Source of the DNA: an uncultured bacterium
Lineage (GTDB): Bacteria; Zixibacteria; MSB-5A5; UBA10806
DNA: 45,977 nt
Reading direction: 5' to 3'
Assembly (NCBI GenBank): GCA_965555375.1
Contig: CBEWDL010000002.1
Location: forward strand, 1 to 45,977
The notes below the pieces were generated by a model that ran no database searches, had not been told where the DNA came from, and worked only from the letters and a program-made list of their open reading frames with translations. Shown piece by piece: positions 44,268 to 45,977 of the stretch. How positions within the stretch are numbered: the first letter of the stretch is position 1; each line of letters starts with the position of its first letter. Both the position numbers and the translations under genes were made by a program.

Positions 44268-45680
44268 CTAATTAACAGGCTCGATTTCTCTACCCAGAGC
44301 CCTCATCAGGGCCGCATAGCTTACCGCTAAGTCATGAAAAGCCATGGCGCTATTAGTCTCCGCTTCTGCCAGAGCCAGCCGGGCATCAGATACCTCAAGC
44401 TGCGTGCCGACCCCGTTTTCATAACGGACGCTGGCGATACTCAAGCCCCGTCTGGCAAGCTCCACGGCATCCCCCTGAGCGGAGAGCCTTCTTCTCGCCT
44501 CGTTATATCTACCAAGACTCTGTTCTAAATCGAGGATCACGCTCTTGATCATGGATTCTTCTTTCAGCTTGCTCTGGATCACGTCCACCCTGGCTTGCTT
44601 GACCTTGCTGGGAGTCCTCCAGGAATCGAAAATAGGCACCGAAAGCATGACAATGCTGTTTAGCGAACGGTCCCATTTCTTCTCGAAGACGCTGCCCCTG
44701 TTAAACTGCGCCTGATACTGCAGGCTGGTTGAAAAAGAGATGGTCGGTCTGTAACGGGCCTTGGCGATTGAGACCAGATGCCTGCTGAGCGAAGTTTCGT
44801 TACGGCTGATCCTGATTTCGGGCCTATTTTCCCGCAACTCGGCTCTGGCCGACTCCGGATCGATTGGCGGCAGTGCAAATTGATTGGAATCGAAGTCGGC
44901 GACGAAATTAATCTCGACATTCATATCAATACCCAGAACGTTTTTCAAATTGCTCACCGCCACGTCAGCGTCATTCTCGGCTTTAATAACAAGCGGTTCG
45001 ATATTGGAGACGGCTACCTTTGCGCGCAACAAATCATACTCCGCGACCATCCCCTGATCATACATTTTTTGTGCTACATCGAGATTCTCACATGCCAGCC
45101 TGTAGGATTCGCGGTTGACCCTGCGTATCTCATTTGCCAGCAATGCGCCGTAGAAACTATTATAGACAGAGATCTTAAGATCCTGCCGTGACATGTTGAC
45201 TATCTCCTTGGCCATCCTCTTATAGACCCTGGCCATTTTTAACGCTGTGAACGTCCTTCCGCCCGAATAGATCGGCTGAGTAACCGTAAGATCCGCTATA
45301 TAGCTGTTTTCCGTCCCGAATCTGAAGGTGACGGTTTCATCACCCATTTGGAAAACCCCAACCGGGATTCGCCAATTCCTATTGTACCGCAAGCCGCCGG
45401 TTACCTGCGGCAGAGCGCCGGATACCGCCTCCATTATCTGACCATCCGCCCTGTCCACCTCTTTTTTCGCAATCAAGTAGTATTCATTATGCTCGAGCGA
45501 TATGTCAATTGCCGTTCTAAGGTCCAGATTTAAAGTTTCCCCGGCAACACTGCCCTTCAAGAACACTACCAATAGAGCCAGTATCAGAGGGCATCGCATT
45601 ACGGCAACATTTATGATATTTATCATATTTCTCAAATCACCCATAACAAATCGGGCTAATGCCCGTTCACACCATATCAA
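44268..45680 (-). CDS. TolC family outer membrane efflux protein
   Basis: Two OEP repeats with coiled-coil segments, at the operon-first position. The more likely start is Met28 (45599), just before the signal peptide MRCPLILALLVVFLKG. Confidence 0.85.
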   Translation of the reverse strand: MIWCERALARFVMGDLRNMINIINVAVMRCPLILALLVVFLKGSVAGETLNLDLRTAIDISLEHNEYYLIAKKEVDRADGQIMEAVSGALPQVTGGLRYNRNWRIPVGVFQMGDETVTFRFGTENSYIADLTVTQPIYSGGRTFTALKMARVYKRMAKEIVNMSRQDLKISVYNSFYGALLANEIRRVNRESYRLACENLDVAQKMYDQGMVAEYDLLRAKVAVSNIEPLVIKAENDADVAVSNLKNVLGIDMNVEINFVADFDSNQFALPPIDPESARAELRENRPEIRISRNETSLSRHLVSIAKARYRPTISFSTSLQYQAQFNRGSVFEKKWDRSLNSIVMLSVPIFDSWRTPSKVKQARVDVIQSKLKEESMIKSVILDLEQSLGRYNEARRRLSAQGDAVELARRGLSIASVRYENGVGTQLEVSDARLALAEAETNSAMAFHDLAVSYAALMRALGREIEPVN

Positions 45681-45712
45681 TGCTCAATTGTTAGAAAAGG
45701 TTCCAAGAATCT

Positions 45713-45976
45713 TTAAAGCAATCCCGATATAGTTGATCTTAGCTCTCCGGGATCAAAATTAGAGATTCCCTGGATTTCACTAATCCTATGCCGTATAATA
45801 AGTTCGTCGTCTATAATGAATATGGAAAAGTGAACCGAGGGCCGGAAATCATTCGAATCGGTGACATAATATCTGCTGGAAACAGCAAGTCGGGGATCCG
45901 ATAGAATAGGATAGGTCAGCTTTAATTCCTCAGCAAGTTTAACCAGCGAGTTGACGCGCTCCGGGCTTATGGCAGC
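45713..45976 (-). CDS. peroxiredoxin/redoxin-family protein, C-terminal part (5' end outside window)
   Basis: This is not in the ORF track. The - strand translation is AAISPERVNSLVKLAEELKLTYPILSDPRLAVSSRYYV....SIFIIDDELIIRH...*, which matches the AhpC/TSA-Bcp pattern (ISxD....FAE...L.FPLLSD, TFIID). Confidence 0.6.
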   Translation of the reverse strand, partial: AAISPERVNSLVKLAEELKLTYPILSDPRLAVSSRYYVTDSNDFRPSVHFSIFIIDDELIIRHRISEIQGISNFDPGELRSTISGLL

Positions 45977-45977
45977 T

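Noticed and set aside
1-45977. CRISPR arrays, rRNA genes, reverse transcriptases or retron/DGR-like features
   Set aside because: I saw no regularly spaced direct repeats with unique spacers, no rRNA-like sequence, and no YxDD-type RT ORF on either strand.

Overview
The window has three parts.

(1) Bases 1-16.7 kb are a conserved housekeeping block. The + strand carries infB (5' partial), a DUF503 gene, rbfA, a DHH phosphoesterase, truB, ribF, rpsO, pnp, an M16 peptidase, a DUF360/holin-like membrane protein and leuS. The - strand then carries a GH57 glycosidase, a TPR protein and an outer-membrane beta-barrel.

(2) Bases 16.74-36.35 kb are an accessory segment.
- An orphan 3' half of tRNA-Arg(CCU) marks the left edge of an ~8.4 kb integrase-less phage/satellite-like replicon. 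It encodes a replisome organizer with internal iterons, a DnaC-like loader, a DnaB with an in-frame amber codon, an excisionase-like HTH protein and a DUF5659 protein.
- This replicon carries two lower-GC cargo modules. One is a translationally coupled 3-gene HicB/HicA-like cassette with its own near-consensus promoter. The other is a small RHH-like protein followed by a 660-aa orphan protein.
- Next come a PepSY-like lipoprotein and two secreted proteins with IPTL-CTERM-type sorting tags.
- Then a cassette of a B12-binding radical SAM enzyme, a 237-aa protein with four (R)EPVH[WF]-type motifs, and a 93-aa Cys-containing ORF.
- Then a decayed stretch and a tyrosine integrase broken by two homopolymer frameshifts, next to tRNA-Sec (selC).
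- A 29-bp palindrome family (4 copies) and a 22-bp exact repeat (2 copies) lie only in non-coding gaps of this segment.

(3) Bases 36.5-46 kb are one - strand array: TolC, MFP, RND, bshC, bshA, bshB, with a partial peroxiredoxin-like gene upstream at the window edge.

No CRISPR array, rRNA or intact transposase was seen. The best candidates for an undescribed system are the RHH + 660-aa orphan pair, the 3-gene cassette and the radical SAM cassette. All functional calls come from motif recognition by eye and need profile or structure searches.
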